DNA of 64,000 nucleotides from an uncultured Candidatus Saccharibacteria bacterium (GCA_964350735.1 CAYGKO010000002.1:90134-154133), one strand, 5' to 3'. Shown: positions 19,078 through 28,168, counted from the stretch's first letter. Notes: generated by a model from the sequence alone, not told the origin. Program-made: numbers and translations.

Positions 19078-20496
19078 ATGAATACTGCCTTAGCTCCAAC
19101 ACAGATTGTAATTCTCGGTGGTAGTGGCGATTTAAGTAAGCGGAAGCTACTTCCAGCGCTGTTAGATTTATATACAAAAGACAAACTGCCGCAGCAATTT
19201 CAAATCATTGGCCAAGCAAAGACGCAGCGAACTGACGCTGAGTATCAAGCACTTGTACAAGAAGTGCTTGAAAAACATGATCACGGCCACTCAGTCAGGC
19301 ATATAGAATCTTTTTGTCAGCGCGTCAGCTACGTATCTGGCGGTTTTGAAGATGACACTACATACAAAAACCTGCAACAGAAACTTATGGGGTACCAAGA
19401 TGAACTTGGTATGTGCACCAATCGCTTGTTCTACTTAGCCGTACCCCCTGGATACTACGAACAAATCTTTGAATCACTACACGACCACAACATGAATGAA
19501 CCGTGCGATCTAGAAAATGGCTGGACGCGTATTTTGGTTGAGAAGCCCTTTGGCAACGATTATAAATCGGCCCGAGCTCTCGACGAGACGCTCAGTTCAT
19601 TATTCAAAGAAGAACAAATCTTCCGCATTGATCATTATTTAGCCAAAGAAGCGGTGCAGAATATTCTTTCATTTCGCTTTGCCAATCCACTTATCAGTTC
19701 AACCTGGAGTAAAGAGTATATAGAGTCTATCAAGATTGAAATGAAAGAGACCATAGACGTAGGGGAGCGGGGTGACTTCTACGAGGCGGTTGGTGCCTTA
19801 CGCGACGTTGGACAAAACCACTTGCTCCAAGTCCTAGCGCTACTCACAATGAATCAACCGGCCAAATTTGATGCTGCCCACATTAGAAAAGAACGAGCCT
19901 ATATTCTTGGATCATTACGGGCATACGAACCAAAAACCTGTTCGGGGAAAGTGGCCCGCGGTCAATATAAAGGCTTTCTAGAGACAGATGGAGTTGATTA
20001 TACTTCAGATACTGAAACCTACTTTGAACTCATCACCCACCTTGATATTGATCACTGGAAAGATGTACCAATCCATATCAGCAGTGGAAAAGGTCTAGAT
20101 GAGGGAGTGGTCAGAGCTACCATCACCTTTAAAGAAGTCCTGGACGGGCTATTCGAAGAGGAGAACTACCACGTAGCAAAAAACAAAATTATCCTAACTC
20201 TCAATCCCAATCTAGACATTGCTATCACTCTTAATAGCAAAAAACCTGGCTATGACTATAAAGTTGAACCGGATACACTACATTTTGATTGCCGCTCGGG
20301 TGATGGTTCAATTACTAATTCATACGAAAAAGTACTACTTGATTGTATCTATGGCGACCAGACACTGTTTACCTCAACCGAAGAAGTGCTAGCCGCATGG
20401 AAATACGTCTCATCAATACTTGAAAATTGGCAGAATATCCCAATGGAGACGTACCAGAAGGGAAGCGGCGGACCAGAGAAGTTATCAGTGCTGTAA
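19078..20496 (+). CDS. zwf: Glucose-6-phosphate 1-dehydrogenase
   Basis: GGSGDL, EKPFG, RIDHYLAKE and DVGQNH. Confidence 0.96.
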   Translation: MNTALAPTQIVILGGSGDLSKRKLLPALLDLYTKDKLPQQFQIIGQAKTQRTDAEYQALVQEVLEKHDHGHSVRHIESFCQRVSYVSGGFEDDTTYKNLQQKLMGYQDELGMCTNRLFYLAVPPGYYEQIFESLHDHNMNEPCDLENGWTRILVEKPFGNDYKSARALDETLSSLFKEEQIFRIDHYLAKEAVQNILSFRFANPLISSTWSKEYIESIKIEMKETIDVGERGDFYEAVGALRDVGQNHLLQVLALLTMNQPAKFDAAHIRKERAYILGSLRAYEPKTCSGKVARGQYKGFLETDGVDYTSDTETYFELITHLDIDHWKDVPIHISSGKGLDEGVVRATITFKEVLDGLFEEENYHVAKNKIILTLNPNLDIAITLNSKKPGYDYKVEPDTLHFDCRSGDGSITNSYEKVLLDCIYGDQTLFTSTEEVLAAWKYVSSILENWQNIPMETYQKGSGGPEKLSVL

Positions 20497-20506
20497 ACTA
20501 TAGGGT

Positions 20507-21463
20507 ATGGAACAAATCAAAGAATTCGCATTTATTGGACTCGGTCGCATGGGCTTAGCCATGACCACACACCTGGTTGAACAAGGCTACACCATCCATG
20601 GTTTTGATGTCGATGATGGAGCACGCGAAGCAGCTAAAGCCGCTGGGGTCACTCCACATGACTCAATTAAATCTGCCATTAATGCATTACCAGAACATAA
20701 GGTGGTCTGGATTATGGTGCCGTCACGCTTTGTTGATAATGTACTCACCTCAGTACGAAAACAACTCACCAAGCATGACATCATTATCGATGGAGGGAAC
20801 AGCTTCTTTAAAGACAGCCTCCATCGACACCACGACTTAGATAGAGACGGAATCTGGTTTGTTGACGTCGGAACCTCTGGTGGCGTAGAGGGAGCCAGGT
20901 GCGGCGCGTCACTTATGGTCGGGGGAGATAAAGAAGCGGTTGATCCGATCGCACATATCTTTACTGATCTGGCTGCTGAAGACGGGTATGGCTTTGTTGG
21001 CGGACCTGGCGCCGGACACTTTGTAAAAATGATCCACAACGGTATCGAGTACGGCATGATGGGGGCCTTAGCTGAAGGAGTGAACATCCTACATGAACAT
21101 GAAGATGGTCTCGAGATAAACGTCATGGAAGCCCTCAAAGCCTATGAGCACGGTAGTATTATTTCTAGCGCACTCACCAGCTGGCTGGTAGACGCGTACG
21201 AAACTCCCGGCTACCTAGAGAAGATCGCTGGGGTAGTACCACGTGGAGAAACTGAAATGGAGATGGAATACGTCGTTGATCACAATCACGCTCGTGTTCT
21301 GAACGCCGCCCTTACCCAGCGTAAGCTCACTCGAGTTGAACCGTCACGCACTGGCTCACTTATTTCTGCGATGCGTAATCAGTTCGGGGGACACAAGACC
21401 ATCGCAGATGATCATAAAAAAAAATGGAACACCAAACCAGTAACAATCCTGCCCAAGAACTAG
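20507..21463 (+). CDS. gnd: 6-phosphogluconate dehydrogenase (short, YqeC-type)
   Basis: GLGRMG, DGGNS, GTSGG, GHFVKMIHNGIEY and RNQFGGH. Confidence 0.95.
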   Translation: MEQIKEFAFIGLGRMGLAMTTHLVEQGYTIHGFDVDDGAREAAKAAGVTPHDSIKSAINALPEHKVVWIMVPSRFVDNVLTSVRKQLTKHDIIIDGGNSFFKDSLHRHHDLDRDGIWFVDVGTSGGVEGARCGASLMVGGDKEAVDPIAHIFTDLAAEDGYGFVGGPGAGHFVKMIHNGIEYGMMGALAEGVNILHEHEDGLEINVMEALKAYEHGSIISSALTSWLVDAYETPGYLEKIAGVVPRGETEMEMEYVVDHNHARVLNAALTQRKLTRVEPSRTGSLISAMRNQFGGHKTIADDHKKKWNTKPVTILPKN

Positions 21464-22107
21464 CTGAGAGGTTAGCACACGAACTAGGTGCACATCCTGG
21501 CGACACTCTTTGCTTCTTAGCCGGAGGCTCGGCTTTTGAAATATTTGAGTACTTAGAGTTAGATGAAAATATTAAGCGTCGCACAATATTTTGCATGGGG
21601 GATGAGCGGGTGAGTGGGAACAGTGCAGAAAACAATTACTTACAACTCCTAACCAAACTCAGTACTAATCACGGTCTACAGCTCATAGATACTGCAAGTC
21701 CTGGACCAGAAACGCCAAAGCAATTTACTGAGCGAATTAATAAAATAATTTCTGAAAAATTATTTACATTAATTCAGCCAAATATTATTTGCGTGCTTGG
21801 GGTCGGAACCGATGGTCATACCGCTGGTATTTTTCCGATGCAAGAATCATCATTTGCTACTACGTATCCTAATGACTCAATGTACGTGCCGATCACAACA
21901 CGAGGCTTAGAATCCAATTTTAGAGCTTCTTTAACGCCTGATTGGATACTCAGCAAGGCTGATCTGGTACTTGGGTACGCAACTGGAGAAATCAAATGCA
22001 AAACGGTAATTCGTGAACTTTGTAATCGAAATTATGAAATTCACGAAATGCCAGCGCAGATTATCAAACGACACAAGAACAGTATATTGTTTACTGACTG
22101 TGTGTAA
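21424..22107 (+). CDS. pgl: 6-phosphogluconolactonase
   Basis: LAGGS, DER and LGVGTDGHTAGIFP, in zwf-gnd context. Confidence 0.88.
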   Translation: MEHQTSNNPAQELAERLAHELGAHPGDTLCFLAGGSAFEIFEYLELDENIKRRTIFCMGDERVSGNSAENNYLQLLTKLSTNHGLQLIDTASPGPETPKQFTERINKIISEKLFTLIQPNIICVLGVGTDGHTAGIFPMQESSFATTYPNDSMYVPITTRGLESNFRASLTPDWILSKADLVLGYATGEIKCKTVIRELCNRNYEIHEMPAQIIKRHKNSILFTDCV

Positions 22108-22234
22108 TGTCGCAAAGAACGATTATGCGACGCAGCTATCGCTAGCAACGCACAATCGCTGGGATCTTTTGCGACATAAGCAAAGGGCTAAATAGCCTCT
22201 TTGCTTATGTCGCAAAAGATATATTGTGCGACGT
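22107..22234. repeat. Cluster of three dif-like palindromic sites including a 22-bp perfect inverted repeat
   Basis: ATGTCGCAAAA-GATATA-TTGTGCGACGT at 22207-22234, a related copy at 22107-22133, and an inverted degenerate copy at about 22146-22177. IR arms are 22164-22185 and 22199-22220. Confidence 0.7.
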
Positions 22235-22313
22235 TTATATAAATAATAAGGCAGAGCTTTATATATCCCTCCCCACCAACACGAGTTCATCTCAGTTACT
22301 AAATGAGACAGGT

Positions 22314-22958
22314 CTATTTCATTTTAAATATACCTGTCTCACCCTGCTCAATCTTAAGATAATGTTCCATACAGAGCTCAAATATTTCCTTCATTAATTG
22401 ATCCCACTCAAAGTACTGAGTCTTTTTGTCGATAATATCCTGCACCACTCTCCCCTTCATCCTAAAGTTATCAATTTTAATTTGCGGGCGACGCACAGAA
22501 TGCACAACAGGCGCTAACGCATCAATGCATTTTGCATATTTTGCCTCTAACGAAATACGCTCTTCATATTCTTGATAGACCACTTGTTGTTCAGGCTCGA
22601 TAAGCTTCATAGCGGCTTTAAACTCGACATCTTCTTGCGAATCGGTTTTATCATATGTAAATACATCACCCACTTCAGTTTCACCAATGTCATGAATCGC
22701 CAGCATGATTAATACCCTACCCAGATCTATTTCTTTAGAGTGTTCTAGATAGGGGTGAAGAAAAGCTGCTAAAACTGGCAGATGACCAACATGCTCCAGT
22801 AAAGGCTCTCTAACAGCAGGATTGCCAAAGTCTCCCTCAGGGACTAAGCCAGTCTCGATAATCTGAACATAACGATCTCCAGTAACTAAATGCCGTTTTT
22901 CAAATGAGTAGCGTTCTTGTAATTCAATCAATCTTTCAAGTATTTCTTTTGTATTCAT
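22314..22958 (-). CDS. HD-domain phosphohydrolase
   Basis: LLEHVGH, IHDIGE..GD and EAKYAKCID. Confidence 0.85.
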   Translation of the reverse strand: MNTKEILERLIELQERYSFEKRHLVTGDRYVQIIETGLVPEGDFGNPAVREPLLEHVGHLPVLAAFLHPYLEHSKEIDLGRVLIMLAIHDIGETEVGDVFTYDKTDSQEDVEFKAAMKLIEPEQQVVYQEYEERISLEAKYAKCIDALAPVVHSVRRPQIKIDNFRMKGRVVQDIIDKKTQYFEWDQLMKEIFELCMEHYLKIEQGETGIFKMK

Positions 22959-22962
22959 AATA

Positions 22963-23523
22963 TTAGTATTTGCGAATCACACCTTTAACAACCGCAGCGA
23001 TCCTCAGTTCATGCTCCGGATAGATTGGCTTAAGGTACTTGTTCGCTGGTTCAAGCCAGACCTTATTTCCCTTTTGTTTGAAATATTTGAGCGTCCAGCC
23101 ACCGTCTACTTCGGCCACTACAATATCTCCATCACGGGCTGTCTCTGAGCGCTCTGCAATCACCAAATCACCTTCATCGATATGTGCTTCGATCATGGAG
23201 TCGCCCTTCACTTCTAGTATAAAAGTCTTCTCTTTCTTAGGGACGAGATACTCTTCGATACTAAGGGTATCAAGCATATCAGAATCGACTGTGCTCGGGA
23301 TACCAGCCTCCACCAAACCAAGCATTGGTATCTCACCAGCAGACAAACTCGGAAGCAGCTTCCCCTTGGCATCTTTTGTTAAGACGCCCGCATCAATCAG
23401 TTTATGGACTAACTTGGACACAGCATTTTTTGACTTAAAGCCAACCAACTCTGCGATTTCAGCGTAGCTCGGCATCCGCTTATTACGGTTGTAAAATTGT
23501 AGGATTTTATCTTTTTGTTCCAT
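22963..23523 (-). CDS. lexA: LexA repressor
   Basis: wHTH (PSYAEIA..GFKS), Ala-Gly cleavage site (VEAG), catalytic GDSM and TLK. Confidence 0.92.
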   Translation of the reverse strand: MEQKDKILQFYNRNKRMPSYAEIAELVGFKSKNAVSKLVHKLIDAGVLTKDAKGKLLPSLSAGEIPMLGLVEAGIPSTVDSDMLDTLSIEEYLVPKKEKTFILEVKGDSMIEAHIDEGDLVIAERSETARDGDIVVAEVDGGWTLKYFKQKGNKVWLEPANKYLKPIYPEHELRIAAVVKGVIRKY

Positions 23524-23544
23524 AGCTATAACTTCAGTATACGC

Positions 23545-23739
23545 CTAGACGCGAGAAAATGGACTGAAAAAATTGAACAGTACTCGCCCTTTCTCTTCTC
23601 GTCGTAGTTGGCGCAAAAGTACCTTGTGACGTTGCGCTTCACGGCGGTAGTCATATGAGTGCATGATTTTGTTATCAATGACTCCGTTTAGTTTCTGAAT
23701 TTCTGTATTTAGTGCTTTAAGATATTCTTGTTTGCTCAT
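23545..23739 (-). CDS. Small basic hypothetical protein (64 aa)
   Basis: ATG-initiated ORF directly downstream of a consensus-like promoter and upstream of lexA. Confidence 0.7.
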   Translation of the reverse strand: MSKQEYLKALNTEIQKLNGVIDNKIMHSYDYRREAQRHKVLLRQLRREEKGRVLFNFFSPFSRV

Positions 23740-23771
23740 ACTTGATGATATTCCCTATTTGTAATAGAGAT

Positions 23772-23800
23772 AGTATAGGTGAACGATCGTTCACCGTCAA
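23772..23800 (-). promoter_or_regulatory. Sigma70 promoter with an embedded LexA-type operator
   Basis: TTGACG-17 nt-TATACT. The spacer is occupied by the perfect palindrome GGTGAACGATCGTTCACC (23778-23795). Confidence 0.85.
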
Positions 23801-23815
23801 GCACTTATCCCCAAT

Positions 23816-24418
23816 TTACATTTCATACACCACAAAATCTCCTTCTTCGAGCGCGTGGATTGGCAAGGAAGTATCATCGTACGCTTCTAGTTCTTGATAC
23901 GCTTTAGTCCAATCAATTGGACCACGCGGATCGTCAAAACCATATACTGGCGATTTATAATGAACCAGTGTTTTACAGGGTAAAATTCCCAAGCCATCTA
24001 CACACTCTCGCGAATCCGAATCCCAGCCTGCTTGAGACAAGGCCAGAGTAGTTGCTGAATTTGTGCATACCGTTTTGTTTTGGAAGAGTTGTGCAAGATT
24101 TAATTTCTTTGTTCGTTCTAAGAATAACTCAGGGTACCCGCCGTGTAAATAAACGACATCTGTTTCAGCTACTTGTTTTTCAAACTGATCTATAGTACCA
24201 ACAGTGTGTTTGAATTGTTGATCAACAGGAATCATATCCAGCAAGAATTGATAACTCTCTAAAGCCTTTGTCGTATCATTTAGTTCTCTTTGAGCGAAAA
24301 AACACCACAGTACAGAAATGTTTTCTTGTTCAAAATCTTTGAAGCACTCAATAAAATTTTGACGACCAAATTTTGGCACTCGTTTCATTCCTCCAGATTG
24401 AACAATATATTTAGTCAT
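23816..24418 (-). CDS. Peptidase S51/class I glutamine amidotransferase-like protein
   Basis: DVVYLHGG, nucleophile-elbow-like TNSA, and GLGIL...VHY. Confidence 0.75.
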   Translation of the reverse strand: MTKYIVQSGGMKRVPKFGRQNFIECFKDFEQENISVLWCFFAQRELNDTTKALESYQFLLDMIPVDQQFKHTVGTIDQFEKQVAETDVVYLHGGYPELFLERTKKLNLAQLFQNKTVCTNSATTLALSQAGWDSDSRECVDGLGILPCKTLVHYKSPVYGFDDPRGPIDWTKAYQELEAYDDTSLPIHALEEGDFVVYEM

Positions 24419-25616
24419 GTCTATAGTGGTATATCATATTTAGGGCCAAAGAGGCAGCGACGGCGATCATGAATGTCCAACCGATTGGTACGAGGAGGGT
24501 CAGAAATGCCGTTGCTAAGAGCGCGGTGGCTCGTCCGAGATGATTGGCCATTTCTCGGATCACAGTGTACTCATCGACCAAACTTCCCTGATCGGCCGAC
24601 ATGTCATAGATAATGGCGCTAAAGGGCGTGTGGGAAAAGATCCGGGCAATGTTGTGATATAGCCCCACAAAGAATACTTGGGCCGCTGACAGCACAAATA
24701 TCTTAAACACCCAACCAATAGCGTACATGTAACTTCCAATCTTGAGCGTTTTCTTTTTATCTTTCCCTTGTTTGTCGAGGTGGCGGCCAATAATGAGTTG
24801 CAGCACGATCGTGACCCCAACTATAATTGTAGACAGTGCACCGATATTAAAGAGGTCTCCATCAAGGATTTCAAATAAGAAAATCGGCCACACAATAATA
24901 TTTACAATCGTCTCCGCTCCATTGGCAAACTCCCCCACCATCAGGCCGCGGTTTTTCTTATACCTAAATTGCCACCAGGTTTGTTTCCACGACCAGTCAA
25001 AGTGCGTAGGGGTTTCGGGTACGTACGCATACGAGATAGTCGCTGCTACGAGGAGTACGATGATGGTACCGAACAACGCACTATAGCCAGCATTAGCGAC
25101 GATAAACCCCGCTGCGATCGGCCCAATCGCTCCCATAAAGGCAATGGCGGCAAATGAGAGACTAACTTGCTTCCCTCGCTTCCCCGCTGTCGTAAATAAG
25201 GCGAAATCCGTATGAAATGGTACCCAATGAAACAGGCGAAAGGCTATGATTGCAACAGCCAAAGGCCACATGAGCATCAAAATATTTTCAGGCGTAAGCA
25301 GGAACAAAAAAATATAGGTAATAATGCTACATACTCCAGACAGCACTAACGTGCGACTAAAGCCTAGACGGTTAGTAACCGACATACTGGGTACCAAAAG
25401 CATGGCATACATAAATGACAGCATGGCGTAATACCCTCCTACTACGAAAAATGAATTACCCGATGTTTCGTACAAGAAGATTGGTACAAAGATTCCGGCG
25501 AGAGCAGCCGCAGCGCCGTGGATCAAACGCTTGCTAATAAAGAGCTGCATAAACCCAGAGTCCTTTTTTTGGAAACGACCCCGCGTATCGCGCAGCGCAT
25601 TGATAGTAGATTGCAT
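24411..25616 (-). CDS. MFS transporter
   Basis: About 12 TM segments, FVPIFLY and GPIAAGFI. ATG at 25616 follows TGCTATACT. Confidence 0.85.
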   Translation of the reverse strand: MQSTINALRDTRGRFQKKDSGFMQLFISKRLIHGAAAALAGIFVPIFLYETSGNSFFVVGGYYAMLSFMYAMLLVPSMSVTNRLGFSRTLVLSGVCSIITYIFLFLLTPENILMLMWPLAVAIIAFRLFHWVPFHTDFALFTTAGKRGKQVSLSFAAIAFMGAIGPIAAGFIVANAGYSALFGTIIVLLVAATISYAYVPETPTHFDWSWKQTWWQFRYKKNRGLMVGEFANGAETIVNIIVWPIFLFEILDGDLFNIGALSTIIVGVTIVLQLIIGRHLDKQGKDKKKTLKIGSYMYAIGWVFKIFVLSAAQVFFVGLYHNIARIFSHTPFSAIIYDMSADQGSLVDEYTVIREMANHLGRATALLATAFLTLLVPIGWTFMIAVAASLALNMIYHYRHD

Positions 25617-25669
25617 AGTATCTAAGTATAGCAAGAGTAGACTGACACCTGCGGCGTCAGCCCACAGTC

Positions 25670-26128
25670 TTATGTACCAAGCTTAATCACTCTATCGAAG
25701 TGTACTTTCTTAATCGGCATTACTGAAAGACGATTTCCTTTCAGCACGACAGGCATATCAGCGAACTTTGGATCGAGTTTGAGTTCTTTAAGGGTCACCA
25801 CTTCTTTAAAGGTTGACTGATACTTCACATCTACCGCTAGCCAGCGTGGGTTCTCTGGGTCGCTCTTAGGGTCTGGATGTTCACTTTTCGGATCAAATTG
25901 CGTCGGGTCAGGGTACGACTCTTTCACAATCTTCATGGTGCCAACGACCCCGGTCTCGTCACCAGCATTAGAATGATAGAAAAGTGCCCTGTCCCCTACT
26001 TTCATATCGTCGCGCATCATATTGCGCACTTGATAGTTACGAGTACCGTCCCACATTTCTACTTTGTCACGCTTCAGGTCATTAATTGAATAACAATCAG
26101 GTTCGCTTTTCATGAGCCAATATTTCAT
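25670..26128 (-). CDS. EVE-domain protein
   Basis: YWLMKSEP, WDGTRNYQ, GDRALFYHS and RLSVMP. Confidence 0.93.
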   Translation of the reverse strand: MKYWLMKSEPDCYSINDLKRDKVEMWDGTRNYQVRNMMRDDMKVGDRALFYHSNAGDETGVVGTMKIVKESYPDPTQFDPKSEHPDPKSDPENPRWLAVDVKYQSTFKEVVTLKELKLDPKFADMPVVLKGNRLSVMPIKKVHFDRVIKLGT

Positions 26129-26198
26129 CTTTATATAGTGTCTCATTTGGTACAATAAAGCTAGTCGAATTTACACACTTGTTACTTAAAAAATATTT

Positions 26199-26645
26199 AT
26201 GACAATGATGTTATCAAGCGCGCAGCGTTCACGACTGCGCACACACGGGACGTTAGTGGGTCGGATTCTGATGGGACTACTCTTCTTCTTTTCTGGAATT
26301 GGCATCCTGATGATGGGACCTGAAAACACCGCCAGTTTTTATGAAAGCCTCGGCGTGCCGATGGCTGGGCTAGCGGTCTGGCTGGTAGTCGCAGTGAAGC
26401 TTGGTGCTGGTGGTGCACTCATGGCCGGTTATCGTACCGGCTTAGCAGCCGCAGCACTGATTGTATTCACAGTCATTGCAACCCTATTAGCCCACATGGA
26501 TCTTGAAGATCCAAACCTCTTCAAGAATCTAGCTATTATCGGTGGCCTCCTCTACGCTATGGCGTATGGCGCTGGCGAAGGTTGGAGTGTTGACAGTGGA
26601 AAAAGTGACACAGTCACTATCCCTGATTCAGTTGATCAGATCTAG
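26199..26645 (+). CDS. DoxX family membrane protein
   Basis: GRILMGLLFFFSG and FKNLAIIGGLL...GAG. Confidence 0.9.
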   Translation: MTMMLSSAQRSRLRTHGTLVGRILMGLLFFFSGIGILMMGPENTASFYESLGVPMAGLAVWLVVAVKLGAGGALMAGYRTGLAAAALIVFTVIATLLAHMDLEDPNLFKNLAIIGGLLYAMAYGAGEGWSVDSGKSDTVTIPDSVDQI

Positions 26646-26655
26646 ATAGATAGAC

Positions 26656-26692
26656 ATAATAAAACCGCACCAAATGGGTGCGGTTTTATTAT
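26656..26692. terminator. Bidirectional terminator
   Basis: ataataaaaccgcacc/ggtgcggttttattat inverted repeat between convergent genes. Confidence 0.75.
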
Positions 26693-26705
26693 TAGAAATC
26701 TTAGC

Positions 26706-27140
26706 TTAACCGTTGAAGGCCAGCGTACGTCCCCAACATGGTTTCGAAGCACTCCAGGGTTGAGTACCTTGTCGTTCGTATAGTGCGCGGGCATAGGCCA
26801 TATTGTCGTAAATATCTTCAAGATTGAGCTCCATTCGTTCAGCAGTATCACCATGGTAATAGGTGTTAATCTGCATCACGCCCGTATCTCGATCATCTAC
26901 GAATCCGCGTAAGACTGAACCATCGCTTAAGGTATGTCGGAAAGTGGACTCACATCGAGCCACTTGAATCATGACTGGAATATCTGAGAAGTATGATCGA
27001 ACGATCGCTTCGGTATCCACTGACGTCAAGTATGTTTCTGTAGCCGTGCCTTCGGTAACAATTGTTCCGTAAGCAACATCAGTTTCTGCTGATGACACTC
27101 CTGTTACTGCAATAACTGCTGTAATAAGGGTCGATAAAAT
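26706..27140 (-). CDS. Secreted lysozyme-like/lytic transglycosylase-like protein, probable ATT start
   Basis: ARCES, GVMQIN, N..YAR.LY and QPW motifs. A hydrophobic extension (ILSTLITAVIAVTG) lies upstream of GTG 27098, with an in-frame stop at 27155-27153. Confidence 0.75.
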   Translation of the reverse strand: MLSTLITAVIAVTGVSSAETDVAYGTIVTEGTATETYLTSVDTEAIVRSYFSDIPVMIQVARCESTFRHTLSDGSVLRGFVDDRDTGVMQINTYYHGDTAERMELNLEDIYDNMAYARALYERQGTQPWSASKPCWGRTLAFNG

Positions 27141-27249
27141 AAGCCGTTGGTCTTATCTTTTAAATGTCAGCTTCTGTATTTACTTCTTACTTGTAAGTCG
27201 TAAATACCTGACAACCGCAAAATCATAGCACGATTCTGTGATGTTTAAC

Positions 27250-27278
27250 ATTATACTATATTTTATAGTTATTGTCAA
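27250..27278 (-). promoter_or_regulatory. Perfect consensus sigma70 promoter
   Basis: TTGACA (27278-27273), 17-nt spacer, TATAAT (27255-27250). Confidence 0.8.
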
Positions 27279-27313
27279 ACATATACGTCACCTTTACTCC
27301 TGATTTTAGGACA

Positions 27314-27339
27314 AAAAATGGCTCTATTGAGCCATTTTT
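27314..27339 (-). terminator. Terminator-like hairpin after the SPFH gene
   Basis: aaaaatggctc-tatt-gagccattttt. Confidence 0.65.
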
Positions 27340-27385
27340 ATCTTCTATTGTCTTACAGTGGAGACTGTCCTACAGTTCCGTGTCA

Positions 27386-28168
27386 TTAGACTTGGTCGGT
27401 ATTTTGTGATTTTTGAGCTGAACTTGTCTTCATCCACTCGTTAGCCGACTCAACCGCTCGTAGTATTTCAATAGGTACAGCAAATACGACTGTATTAGAC
27501 TGGTCTGAAGATAAGTCATTAAGTGACTGCAGTGTACGAAGATGTAGCGCACCATTAGATTCTGATAGCATCTTAGCTGCTTTAGCCATATTTTCAGCGG
27601 CCGCCACCTCACCTTCGGCTTTGATAATAACTGAGCGTCGTTCTCGCTCTGCTTCGGCTTGCTTGGCAATCGTTCGCTCCATGTCTTCCGGCAAGAAGAA
27701 GTCTTTAAGTTCTACATTCTCTACTCGAATCCCCCACGCATCGGTCTCTTTATCAACAATTTGCTGAATCCGTACTGAGAGTTCGTCACGTTTAGAAAGC
27801 ACTTCATCAAGGTCCGCACTACCAACAATATTACGCATTGTCGTTTGGGCCAACTGCGAGACCGCAAAACGGAAATTTTCTACCTCAAGTATTGCTTTGG
27901 CAGCATCAGACACTCGGTAGTAAATCACCGCGTTAATACTCGCCGATACATTATCGCGCGTAATCACCTTCTGATCAGGCACATCTACCGCTTTTACTCG
28001 GAGATCCACTTTATCCATACTCTGAAAGATCGGGATGATGATACTCCAACCTGGATTACGCATTCCTGTAAACTTCCCCATCGTCAACACTACCCCTCGC
28101 TCATACTGCTTCACTTCCCGTAAAAACGAGATAATAACAACAATTGCCACCAAAATAATCCACCACAT
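27386..28168 (-). CDS. SPFH/band 7 (stomatin-like) protein
   Basis: ITRDNV, LAQTTMR, AKQAEAERERR and LRTLQ. Confidence 0.93.
   Translation of the reverse strand: MWWIILVAIVVIISFLREVKQYERGVVLTMGKFTGMRNPGWSIIIPIFQSMDKVDLRVKAVDVPDQKVITRDNVSASINAVIYYRVSDAAKAILEVENFRFAVSQLAQTTMRNIVGSADLDEVLSKRDELSVRIQQIVDKETDAWGIRVENVELKDFFLPEDMERTIAKQAEAERERRSVIIKAEGEVAAAENMAKAAKMLSESNGALHLRTLQSLNDLSSDQSNTVVFAVPIEILRAVESANEWMKTSSAQKSQNTDQV

Noticed and set aside
22107-22234. Possible mini-CRISPR array
   Set aside because: The copies are degenerate, one is inverted, there is no regular repeat-spacer period, and there are no cas genes.
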